A stretch of DNA of 64,000 bases from Camelus ferus (taxonomy: Eukaryota), in assembly GCF_009834535.1 (NCBI RefSeq), contig NC_045710.1:16492001-16556000 (forward strand), given 5' to 3'. Shown here in pieces: positions 23,160-35,251 of this stretch. Position 1 is the stretch's first letter, and each line of letters starts with the position of its first letter. Both the position numbers and the translations under genes were made by a program. The notes under the pieces are model-generated. The model made no database searches. It had not been told where the DNA came from and saw only the letters and a list, made by a program, of their open reading frames with translations.

Positions 23160-24810
23160 GCCCTCCCTCTCTTGCAGGACCCTTCCCTGCTCTTCACACT
23201 TTCACTTTCAGGCTTCACTGGCTCCTTCACTATGAACATAGCTATGTGTCCCTCCTACCCAATATTTAAAACAAACAAATACCCTTCCTTCAACCCTGCT
23301 CCCTCCTCAAACACCCCATCTCTGGTCTCTCTAGAGAGGTCTGACACTCATGCACCCCCACCCCCAGCTCTCCCTGTCACTTCTCCAACTTAGGGCACAC
23401 TGGTTCTGTCCCACCACTGCACTGACACTGCTTTTGTGAAGGTAATGAGGACCCTGGAATTGCCAAATCAGCGACCCCTCCGGAGCTTGCATCCTCCTGC
23501 ACCTGCCGCAGCTCTGGCACTTCTGATGAGCCGCTTCTTCCAACACTTGGCATTTGTCCCTCTCCTCTTCCTGATGTTCCCTTCTGCATTTCTTCCTCTG
23601 CCTGCCCTCAGGCTCTCTGCTCCCCATAATCCAGCAAATGTAAAATGTGTTCCTGGCATTCCTGACCTGCAAGGTCAAATGAATTTGGACAATGCTGCAG
23701 ACTGCATTTGTCTGGTAGGGTCACAAGGCACACCAGCATACTAGGCTCTGAGAAACCCTGCTCTAGAGAAACATTTCATTTGAGTGAACCCAGAGTTCCC
23801 AACACTTATTTGATCAAAGAACCCTCTGTTTTAAGGGGAGGGAGAGTGAATCTTTTGAGAACTGAGGAATTAGGGATTGTGGATAGAATACACCTCTTTG
23901 CCATCCTCTACACCTGCCCCATCCAATCTGGTAGCCATGAGCAACATTGTGACGACTGAGCACTGAAACCGTGACTAGTCCAAACAGAGAAGTACGGTAA
24001 GTGTCAAATACACACTGGATTTCAAAGACCTCATACAAAAAGCCCAGAATGTAAAATAAGGCATCAGTATAAAAATTATTATACTGATTACATATTGGAA
24101 AGGATAACATTCTGGATAATGCTGGGTTAAGTAAAAAAAAAATTATTAAAATGAATTCCATCTGTTTCTTTTTACTTTTTAAACTGTGGCTGCTGGAAAA
24201 TTTTAAATTACATATGGGGTTGTATTTGTGACTTAACGCTGTATTTATACTGAACAGCTCCTGCCTGCCGCTATGTTTTTTATTATGTTCTTTCCCTGAC
24301 AAAATGTTCAGTGGCTTCTGATTTTTGCAGAATGAAGTCCTAGCTTGGTAGCACAGGGCTCCAGAGACTCCATAATCCAGCAGCAGCCTGCCTTTGCCTG
24401 TGCAGACCACATTGTTAGCCATCCTCGCCTGGGCTCAGTCCTCACGAGGTGCTATACACTCTGTTCGCAGCTTGGCTGGTCCTGTTCTCGTCATTTCCTC
24501 TGTCCATGGCCCTTCTCTGCACAGAGGCCATCTCACTACCCCTTCAAGGTGCTGCTCACATGATCCTGCTCTGGGGAAACCTTTCCAATCCCCTGTTTCA
24601 CTTACTCCCAGAATCCCTCTCTTTGTGCTGCCATGGTTCTGGTTTGCATCTGTATTTTAATACTTCACATAATGTAACTGGTATTGTAGTTCATCTGTAT
24701 CGAGTTAGTATGTCCACCTCTCCCTGTGGAGGTTAGGGACTGTGTCTAACCCAGTCTATAACATCAAACTTAACAGTGTTTTGACCAAGGAGGTCAGGAA
24801 ATATTTGTCA
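23160..24810 (+). mobile_element. Fragmented L2 interrupted by hAT MITEs
   Basis: L2-like pyrimidine-rich text and an L2 3'-type end (aacagtgttttgaccaaggaggtcaggaaatatttgtcaaatg). Confidence 0.5.
23914..24260 (-). mobile_element. MER33-like hAT-Charlie MITE
   Basis: atccaatctggtagcc...gagcactgaaaccgtgactagtcc...aaatacacactggatttcaaagac...aaaattttaaatttacatatg. Family assigned from recall. Confidence 0.7.
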
Positions 24811-25199
24811 AATGGAAGACTACTGTGTTGTCCCCAGAACCATTTCTCACCTTTCTCCTGCTCTGCTCCATACTGCAAGGAGGCCAACCCCAAAGGGTAC
24901 TTTCGTAAACCTTTTCTTAGTTGACTTATGCCTGGGTTTGGCTAATGAGGGGAGGCTCCGGCGGGAGATTGAACACTACAGGGTGAATTAGGAAAAGAAT
25001 CTTACTGCCAGAGCAGTGAGATGACGAGAAAGCTTTTTAGTGCTTGCTGGGTAAAGAATAGAATTGCTGGGGCTGCATCTCACATAAATTTGGAGTTCAA
25101 AAATCCCTGAACAAATGAATTATTACAAAAAAAATGGGTCCCTGGCTGGTGATACCTTCAAGGTGCTTGGCCAAAGAAAATGTACAGCTGGTCTGTAGG

Positions 25200-26931
25200 G
25201 TCACTCTCACAATCTTGGTTCCACAGGATTTCCATAGAAAAACCAAGTCTCACTAAAGGTGAGTTCAAAGTAAAAAATTACAAAAAACAAGGAATGATCC
25301 ACTATTCATTAAAAAATGAGGATTAGAACCCCAAGAACATAAGAGAACAAAATACAGAACAAAAGGAGATATAAAACATTTATATTTAAAATAACTCAAG
25401 ACATATATAAAGAACTTGAAATCCTAAGCAGAATCTACAAAAACTGACAGGGAGATTTGAAAAAGAAACAAATGAAAAAGTAAATGTTATCATGGAAATA
25501 ATAAATTAATAGATGAAATGGCAGATCAAACACATCTACGGGAACAATTAGTAAATCTGAAAACAAAGCTGAAGAAATTACTTAGGATGCAGCCCAGAAA
25601 GACAAAGATGGAAAACACAAAATGAAGGTTAAAAGCTATGGAGGATGGAATGACAAGGTCCAACGTACATCTAACAGGAGTCTAGGAGGGGAGAATAGAA
25701 AAGATGGGAAGAAATAACTTTGAGATTATAATGACTGAGAATTTTTTAGACTTGATGAAACATACAACTCTACAGATGCAGGATGAACAATCACTCCTGA
25801 TTAGGGAAAAAATAAAAAAATAAATTTATACCTAGACTGCAAAACACCAAGGAGAAAAAAAAATGTTAAAATAGAAGGAAAAAAGCAGAATAACTACACT
25901 TACACAGCAATCAGACTGGCTACACACAACTCAACCCAACAATGGGAGCTGCTGAGGAAAAATAACTATCAGACTAGACCTCTAATTCTGCTATTGTTCA
26001 TGAAGAAATAGAGGGAGAAATAAAGGCATTTTCAGGCAAAGTTTGAGAGCATTTACCACTTGATAGATGTGAATAAAAGACTCACTAAGAGATGTACTTT
26101 GGGAAGAAAAGAAACTGAATAAAAAGGAAAAAAAAGAGATGCTAAGTAGTAGAAAAAAAAAAGAGAGAGAGAGAAAGGAATGATGAGGAAAATACTAGTA
26201 ATTATGTGAAAAAATTATTGACAGTATAAAATAACAATAATAATAATGACTAAGTTGATGGGATAAATTCAGTGTGAATTTTTTAAAAAGAAGCAAAGAA
26301 AATGCATGATAAATAGAAAATATTGAATAGGATAGATATAAAGAAAAGTCTTAAATAGTTTCAATAAATGTAAATGGCTTAAATCGATCTTAAATCAGTC
26401 AGTTAAAAGAAAGATTCTAGATTGCACAAAAAAAAAAATTCAGCTAGATGCTGTTTATAAAGACCCCTGATACAAAAGGCTATAGATATATTAGAACTAA
26501 AGGACTGGAAAAAACTATACAAATGAAAAGTATAAAAGAGCAGTTGGGGAGGATTTATTAGCAATAGACAAATTAGGCCGTCAAGGATCTGTAAAAGATG
26601 GTATCATAAACTATTCGTGAAAATATAATTCTTATATTGTTTACAACTAACAGAAGAGCCTCAAAGTGTAAAATAAAAAAGTGACAGAATTACCTCCTGC
26701 AAAAAATAAAGAAAAAAGAAAAATTAATAAATTTATAAGTAAAGTGGTAGATTTTAATATAACTCAATGAAAATTAGTAAGAATATGAAAGATTTGAACA
26801 CTATTAACAGGCCTCCTGTAATGAACATATAAACAAGAGAATACACATTCTTTTAAAACACCAGAATTAACTTCAAGAAATACCAAAGAGTCTATATTAC
26901 TATGTAAAAACATTAACTGAATATAACTGGA
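25200..26931 (+). mobile_element. Old L1 (L1M-type) ORF1/ORF2 5' remnants
   Basis: Decayed ORF1 text (ctgaagaaattacttaggatgcagcccagaaagacaaagatgg...tccaacgtacatctaacaggagt) and endonuclease start (tcaataaatgtaaatggcttaaat). No intact ORF. Confidence 0.7.
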
Positions 26932-27421
26932 CTACTCAGCCATGAAAAAGAATAAAATAATGCCATTTGCAGCAACATGGATGGACCTAGAGATCGTCAT
27001 TCTAAGTGAAGTAAGCCAGAAAGAGAAAGAAAAATACCATATGATATCACTCATATGTGAAACCTAAAAAAAAGAGAAAAAGAAGACACCAATGAACTCA
27101 TCTACAAAATAGAAACAGACTCATAGACATAGCAAACAATCTTATGGTTACTGGGGGAAAGGGAGTGGGAGGGATGAATTTTGGAGTTTGAGATTTGCAA
27201 ATGTTAGCCGCTATATATAAAGATAGATTAAAAAAAAAACAAGTTTCTTCTGTATAGCATAGGGAACTATATTCAATAGCTTGTAATAACCTTTAATGGA
27301 AAAGAATATGAAAGTGAATGTATGTATGTATATATATATGACTGAGACATTGTGCTGTACACTAGAAATTGACATATTGTAGCTGACTGTACTTCAATAA
27401 AAAATAAATTTAAAAAATAAA
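26932..27421 (+). mobile_element. Younger 5'-truncated L1 3' end
   Basis: atgccatttgcagcaacatggatggacctagag...cttcaataaaaaataaa with an A tail. 14-bp target-site duplication tgaatataactgga at 26918-26931 and 27422-27435. Confidence 0.9.
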
Positions 27422-27499
27422 TGAATATAACTGGAAAATTATACATTAAAATTATTTTCAAATGTTTTAATTTAAGAGCTTCCTAAAAGCCCCAGGTAG

Positions 27500-28790
27500 C
27501 TTCCTCCTTTAGCAAAAGGTACCCCATTTTACTTGACTGATCACTAGCATTTGTGACAGCTGATCACTCCCCTCCTCTTTAAAATCCTTTTTCACTTGGC
27601 TTCTAGGTCACCACCTCACCTCATATCCTCCTCCCTCACTGGTCAGTCCTTCTCAGTCTCCTTCTCTGGTTCTTCCTCATCTCCCCAGACTTAACTTTGG
27701 AACCCTAAGGCTCAGTCCTTGGAGCTCTTCTCTTGGTGATCTCGTCCAGTCTCATGACTTTAGATAACTCCCAAATTTATACTCTGGCCTGAACAGCTGC
27801 TCTGAATACCACCACACGTTCCACTGCCTCCCAGTATCTGCACTGGATATCTCAAAGGTGAGTGATGGTAAGATATCTATAACCAAACTCGTAATCTTGT
27901 TCCTACTTCATTATGTTTCAGCTCGGTTAATGGCAGTTCCACCTCTCTGGCTGCTCAAGCTGAGACCTTTGGAGACATCCTTGATATTTTTCTTCTTCTC
28001 ACATCCTACATTTAGTCTACCTGTGGCTCTATCTTCAAAATGTACCCATAATCTGACCACTTCTCACCTCATCCACCACTGTCATTCTGATCCAAGCCAC
28101 CACCATCTTTCACCTGGACTGCTGAACTACAGCTCCTAATAGGTCTCTTACCTCTGACCTCTCTCCTCACAACTCCTACTTGAATCTAACAAGTCAGAGC
28201 TATCCTGTTAATACATACCAGATCATGTCCCTCCTTTGATCAAAACCCTTCAATGGGTTCTTCTCACTCTGAGCTAACGGAGGTTTTACAATCAGCCCAC
28301 AGGAAATGAAGCAGTCTCCGTCTCCTCCCTGGATACCCCTCTGTCCTTGCTTCCTCCTCCTTTCGCTCCTCCCTCGTTCTAGCCACACTGGCCCCCGTGC
28401 TGTTCCTCAAGGATTACAGGCATGCTCCTTGCATGTTGCACGTGCTGTTTCCTCTGCCTAGAATGATCTTCCAGGTATCCCATGGCTTCCCCCAGATATC
28501 CCTCATGTCCTTCAAGTCTTTGCTCACATGCCACCATTTCAGAGCAGCTTTATCTGAGTAGCTTGTTTGAAACTGGAATTCCTCTGGATCCGCCTTCTCC
28601 CTATCCAGGACTTTCTTTCCCTAATCTGCTTTATTTTACTAAGACACTACATATTTATTCGTTTTGTTTTCTGTCCTACCCTCCTCAAATGTCAGCTCCA
28701 AGAAGGCAGGAATTTTTGTCTATTTTATAATCTGCTATGTCCCTAGTGTCTGACATACACTAGGTCTTTAACAAGTATTTATAGAATGGG
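27500..28790 (+). mobile_element. L2 (L2a-like), ~1.3 kb
   Basis: Recognisable L2 motifs (ggctcagtccttgg...ccagtctcatgactttag, gatcatgtccctcctttgatcaaaacccttcaatgg) running to the 3' end. Confidence 0.75.
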
Positions 28791-30237
28791 ATGTGAAGAT
28801 AAACTCTGAGCTGCAGGAGACAGTACATCAATATTAGCCATAGGTGGTCAGAGAGAATGGTGAAAACTTTCTAGTAAGTTTTTCCTGGTAGTCAGGAAGA
28901 ATGGGAAGGTGGAAAAATGAGAGATCATGTCTACTAGCAGGTCAAAGTTCCTGGAGGAATAATTGGTGGTGGGCTGAGCCACAAGACCCCCCACACTTGT
29001 GTTAGGACGTGGAGATTGAGAGCCAAATTATGACTAATGAGTAACAGTTATGAAAACTGTGTCTCACTGTTCTAAATTACAGTGCAAGCAAGCAAACGAG
29101 ATAGCTTAGAAAGGAGAGGAGAGAGATCTTCGAAGGTTCCAAAAGGTGAAGGACAAAAGACAATTTGTGACGACTGATACAAAGAGGGCTTGTTCAGATT
29201 ATGTCATCAAGTCCCAGAAAGGTCCTTGCCATTCTGAGGAGAGCAACACCACAGAACAATGCTATTCTCTGTGTGCCCAAGTTAAGCGGCCAGAGTATCA
29301 CATAATGGCTTTCAGTCTCACTGGGTTTAAGCTCAGTGAAGAGACGAGATTTTAACAGTAAATCCGGATGACCAAACTGGGTGCGCTTTCTGTCTTTTAG
29401 CACTCTGTATCCGTACGCCCATCACTACAGTACCGACTTGGGGCAACAGGGCTATCATATGCATGTATGTTTTTTCTCAGTATTACTAAACAGACTGCTA
29501 CACCTCTACTTTTCCCTGATGGTATGATTATACAACCTATATTTTCCAACTTGTTTATGATTGCATAATTGGATACTATGCCCCAAACTGCTAAGTTTAA
29601 GACACACTAATACTATAGCACTGCCTGACTCTGATTTCATGGTGGTTAACAGATGACACTGGTGACACAGGGACCCCAGTAGCAGGTCCTCCCAGTACCC
29701 AGCCTGAATTCATTTAAAGCAGTTACCTCTTTTTCTCTCATCTTGGAATTTAAATGATGATTGTTCTACTTTTGTGATTTACAGTAACAGCAACTAAGAG
29801 CATGAGCTTTGGAGTCAGATCTGGACTCAAGTTCTAACTCCATCACTCACTAACCCAGACACACACCCAAATGTTTAGTCCATCACTTAGTACACAGCAA
29901 GTGCTTAGTAAATGTTAACTGTTATTTCTAGTATCTGTGTGTTAGACACTGAACTAGTGTTTCATAAATCTCTTAAGTCTCATCTGTAATACAGTTATTA
30001 CTATCTTTATCATACAGATGAGACTAAGGCTCACAGGGGTGAGCTCAAAGAGCCACAACTCAAAGCAGCCCTCCCACTGGACTTCCCACTACACTCATTT
30101 TATCCCTTTTTGATTGTATCACTCTAAGTGATTTTGCCTTTGACAACAGCATTAAGACACCTCAAGCACATCTTTCATAACTTGTTGTTCCTGTTTCAGA
30201 TAAAGTTTTAAAAGTGATTATGAAGAGAAATTACTTT

Positions 30238-31065
30238 TAAAATAGGCAAAGGATCTGAATATATATTTCTCCAGAGAAGATGTACAGATGGTCCACAAGC
30301 ACATGAAAAGATGCTCAACATCATTAGTCATGGGGGAGATGTAAATCAAAGCCACAAGCTGTCAATTCACACCCACAAGAATGGCTTTAACAAAAAGTCA
30401 GATAATAACAAGTGCTGGTGAGAATGTGGAGAAACAGAGACCCCTGCACATGACTGGTTGGGATATAAAATGGTACAGCCACTTTGGAAAACAGTCTCCC
30501 AGTTCCCCAGAAAGTTAAACACTTGACCCAGCAATTTCATTCCTAGGTATATACCCAAGAGAAATGAAGATATATGTTCACACAGAACTTANNNNNNNNN
30601 NNNNNNNNNNNNNNNNNNNNNNNNNNNNNNNNNNNNNNNNNNNNNNNNNNNNNNNNNNNNNNNNNNNNNNNNNNNNNNNNNNNNNNNNNNNNNNNNNNNN
30701 NNNNNNNNNNNNNNNNNNNNNNNNNNNNNNNNNNNNNNNNNNNNNNNNNNNNNNNNNNNNNNNNNNNNNNNNNNNNNNNNNNNNNNNNNNNNNNNNNNNN
30801 NNNNNNNNNNNNGAATGTCCAGAACAGGCTGGGAGACAGAACATAGATTAGTGGTTGCCTAGGGCTGTGGGGGATGTAGGGTGCATAGGAAGATAGGAGG
30901 GTGTAACTAATGGGTACAGGGTTTCTTCTTGAGGAGAAGAAAATGTTCTATAATTGATTGTGGTAATGCTTGTTTAACTCTAAATATACTAAAAAGCACG
31001 GAATTGTATACTTGGGGGAACTGTGTGGAATTTAAATTATGTCAATAAGGCTGTTACCAAAAAAA
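30238..31065 (+). mobile_element. L1MB/L1MC-type 3' fragment spanning a gap
   Basis: aaaagatgctcaacatcattagtc, aatggtacagccactttggaaaacagt, tcctaggtatatacccaagagaaatgaa. Ends tcaataaggctgttaccaaaaaaa. Confidence 0.8.
30592..30812. other. Assembly gap (221 N)
   Basis: Run of N. Confidence 1.
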
Positions 31066-31282
31066 GTGATTCTGTTCAGCTTTAACCTTTTGGATACTCT
31101 TCTTAGAGATTCTTGTCCTTGTTTATTATTTTCAGTCCTTGCCTCCTTATGTCTTCTCAGTGTATACTTTCTACATACAGAAAACACTGTGCAGCATCTG
31201 ATTTTTCCTCTTTGTCTTTTCATTGGTTCAACGGTAGTTGTACTGCAGGAACTTCATTATTATGAAAACGGTGGCGATATTA

Positions 31283-31480
31283 GAACTCCAGTGTAGAGGT
31301 TAAGAGCATAGATTCTGGAGCCAGACCACTTGGGTTTGAACCCAGCTCTACCACTATCTGTGTAACCCTGAACAAGCTACTTAAGCCCTGTTTTAACTTC
31401 TATACCTATAAAAAGAAAATATAATGAGGTAATGTATCTGAGGACCTTAGAAAGGTATCCAGATCAGTAAGTACTCAATA
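31283..31480 (+). mobile_element. MIR
   Basis: gtagaggttaagagcatagattctggagccagaccacttgggtttgaacccagctctaccact. Confidence 0.75.
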
Positions 31481-31559
31481 AAGAGCACTTTTCATCTTTT
31501 TTTACTGGCATGAGAGATGGTTTTACAGCTATAACTTCATTATTTTATTAAAATGGTGG

Positions 31560-32620
31560 CAATAATAGCACAACGATCTTTCTCCTCCTAGAACCTTTGT
31601 TTCCTGTCTTCAGGGGTTCCTTTCACTCCCCAACACTTTACTGCTGATACTCTCAAAGGTCTGATTTTCTCCCCAAGTCATCTCATTTACTCTCACTGGC
31701 TCAAAAACCATCAATATGCATTCATGCCACCAGCTGATGTCCATCTGATGCTGTGTATCCTAATTATATCTGACTACCTGCTAGACGAGTCTGTCTGGAT
31801 GTCCCACAGGTGCTCTGTAGTCAAAACTGCACTCATCTTCTTCCCCCAACTCTGATTCTTCACTGTAGCTGGTGGCATCATGATTCCACCCTGTCCCCAG
31901 GACACAAACCTGGGAATCAAACTGATCCCTCACCTGCCCACACATCCCAACAATTCCCTGCTCCTGCCAATTTCCCCTCAGAAATAATTCTTAACTCTGT
32001 CTCATCACTTTTTCTCCACCTTGGCTTCATATCAGAATCATCTGGGGAGCTCTGAAAAATCCCCACGCCCAGGCTGCACTGCAGGCCATTTAAATCGGGA
32101 CTCAGGCATCAACAGCGTTTTAAAGCTCCCCAGGTGCTTCCACTGAGCAGCCAAGCCAGGGAAACCCTGGTTTAGCCCTTCGTCTGCTTCTCAAACCTCA
32201 ACTTGCAGTGTCCCTGGCTTTCCACATCCTCTCCAGCAAGATTGAACTGCTTACACTCGCACCTCTCCTCCTCCACCCGGGCTGCTGCTTGTCTCCGTCG
32301 TCCTCTCCACGTCCCACTCTCCAACTTGGCTTCCTCCTACTTCTATGGATCTGGCAGTTGCCTCCTCCAGGAAGTCTTCTCTAACACACCAATCTACAGT
32401 TGAATTAGGTTTTCCCTCCTCTGTACTCTCTTGGTGCCCAGTAAATACATATTACTGTGCTCAGCATGCTGTTTTACAGTGATCTGCTTATGTGCCTGCT
32501 CCCCTCACAGAGTAGGTACTGCCTGAGGCCAGGACCATCTGACACTCATTTTCATATTCTCAGCACCTAGTGCTCTGCATCTGCTTATGCAAATTCCCCA
32601 CACATGTTAGGTGAATGACC
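31560..32620 (+). mobile_element. Fragmented L2
   Basis: L2-like text ending ctgaggccaggaccatctgacac...cagcacctagtgc. Confidence 0.55.
32006..32170. mobile_element. MER5A-like hAT-Charlie MITE
   Basis: ccttggcttcatatcagaatcatctggggagct...ttttaaagctccccaggtg...gaaaccctgg. Confidence 0.75.
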
Positions 32621-33193
32621 TTCCCAAGACGAGGAAAAGTTTTTTGGAAAGACATTGATGGATGGGTTGGATTTTGATACATATTTTTTTCACTCAAGGT
32701 GAAACCACCAACTTGATTACTTAACACTCTGCTTCACTCTGATGCCCCCAAGCAGCCACTGCAGTTTCTTTTACTATATATAGACTCTTATTTTGTACTA
32801 AAAATGTCTTATTCTACATTTGCAGTGAGTATTAATCTGTAAATTCCTTCCAGTCATTTTAGAGGAAAAGTTGGAGTAAAAATCATAAAGAATGTTACAG
32901 TCTGTTACTAGCCCAGGTTATATTTTCTTTCACTTTCAGATCAAAATTTATTTTGCTTTTGAGATACATATGCTTACCTATCTTGGATCAAAATATCTCA
33001 ACCTTTACCACTTTAAAATTTCTTTTGTTCCCTGGGCTAAAAAACAATTTGCTATCCTGTACCCAGAGACTATGTTAAGGAAAAAGAGAAATTCTGAAGA
33101 AATTCAATCAGGACTACATACAAACAGTTAAAAATAAGGTTTAAAGGATGCTTCAAAAGAAATACACAATACAAGTAATGTAGTTTGTGCCCT

Positions 33194-33199
33194 TTTAAT
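33194..33199 (-). terminator. Candidate distal poly(A) signal of ITSN2-S (ATTAAA)
   Basis: Minus strand reads gtgtgtttATTAAAagggcacaaactacattacttgtattgtgtatttcttttg. Confidence 0.55.
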
Positions 33200-35111
33200 A
33201 AACACACTTGCATAGTTATATTACAATTTGTAAAAATAAAAACGGATTACTTCATGCCAAGCGTGCCCAGCATTTGCACAATCTCAATACCTTTAATACT
33301 ATAGTTTTCAAGACACAAAATAAAAATTTAAGGCAAAAAAACAGCATTCGGCAACAACTTAACAATTCATGACATTACAGCAGCATCACAGCAGCATCCA
33401 GTAATGCCACTTTAGGCAAAAGTCTCAGGATTTCCACTGTAGTTTCTATTTACAAGAATTTATAACTTGGTAAAATTCATCCTAAGAAAACCTGGCAAAT
33501 AAAGCTTTGGAGTGAGTGGATTTGGCATTTCTTTCTCTACTTTTCCTTCCCCCACTGTCTTTATTTTAAATTATCAGTTTTCATATTATATTTTAAAACA
33601 CTAGAAGAGCTGTTACATTGTTTTAATAGCTTTATTATTTTTAAATGACTCCTTCAGATAAAGTTTTAGAGGAAACTATACAACAAGTAGGGTTAATTTA
33701 AATCTTCAAATTTTCTTAAAAAATCAGCTTTGGTCTTAGAACTGATTTTTTTCTTTTCTGGAAAACCCATCAAGTTTAATCGCATACTTTAAAAATGATT
33801 ATCACATGTTGTAATTTTAAAATAAACAGGTATTTTGATTCTTTACCTGCTACAGGGTTCAGATTTATCCAGCTGTGCTCCCATTCTAAAATTCTACGTT
33901 CCTGATAAACTCCTTCTAATGTGGTTTTCTAAGCAAATTGAAAGCTGCCTCATACTGAATAAGGAAGAGAGCAAATACGTGGCTGAATATGAGGTATTGC
34001 AAAGGATTGCATGCTTTTTAAGGACAGGTTATATTATGTCATACCATTTCCTTTACTTTAAGCTTCCTCTCAAATATAGACAAAAATACCTAAACAAAGA
34101 CATTATTTCTGTAAATACAGTAAATTTATTTTCCAGACAGACACTCAGCTTAAATATGCCATTATGTGATTTAGTCCATAGGTACCTGATGAATATATTA
34201 TTTTCAAGTTGATTATAGACACTAAACTCTATCTGAATGTCATTCTTAATAATCTGTATCAGTGTAAAAGTGAAGCACGTTGAGCTATAAAAATACCTTT
34301 GAAATAATTTATCAGTGTACTAAATAAGCCCAAATTCAAAATTATAAAGAGAAAATGTGGTACCAAATCATGTAGCTAATTAAGTGGTCTAATTTCTAGC
34401 TTCAGGGTTTAAAATGGATTTAAAGTAACTGCCTTTAACCTGAACCCAATTAATGGGTGCAAAAGCAGTGAGTTCAGAAAATAAAAGGAAAGACCAAGTT
34501 ATCCATACAATTTGGAAGATCAGCTGAATTCACAAGGACTCAATCTTTGTGCTGTTCCCTTTAGTGACTGCCACCTGTACAGTGGTACTATTGCTTTCCT
34601 ATTAATGTCATATTTTATAAAAGTATCATGATGACGCCAGATGCCAAAAATTGAGGTGTTCTAACAACTAGAAATCCCTGCCTCAGGGAGCACACATACA
34701 TATCACCACCGTACAGCCCAATGACGTGAAGTATTCTGGAGCACAGACATCTGAACTTTGCAAAGTTCTAACTAAAACCGTTGATTCTTTCTCAAGTGTT
34801 GTAAAGTTATGATTTGGGCAAAGTATGACTGAAATCACTCTTTCATAATGTATAGGCACATTAACATAAATATTGCACAAAATATGCCTCTAACTTAAAC
34901 TCAGAGGTATAAAAACATATTTCACTCTTCTTAAAGAACTCTGTGAGGAAAAAGACTCTGATTGTATGTACACTTTTCCTGATAATACTTGGACATTCAT
35001 AAACAGTAGATTGCACTGCAGTTTGTAAACATTTTAAATTGCATAAACTTCTCATTGATTTTCAAATATAGTTTAATACTGTCCACTAAAACTCTTTTTT
35101 GTTTCAGCTAA

Positions 35112-35251
35112 NNNNNNNNNNNNNNNNNNNNNNNNNNNNNNNNNNNNNNNNNNNNNNNNNNNNNNNNNNNNNNNNNNNNNNNNNNNNNNNNNNNNNNNNN
35201 NNNNNNNNNNNNNNNNNNNNNNNNNNNNNNNNNNNNNNNNNNNNNNNNNNN
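35112..35251. other. Assembly gap (140 N) within the ITSN2-S 3' UTR
   Basis: Run of N. Confidence 1.

Noticed and set aside
30564-30851. ORFs made of X residues, here and at 35073-35318
   Set aside because: Artefacts of N gaps.
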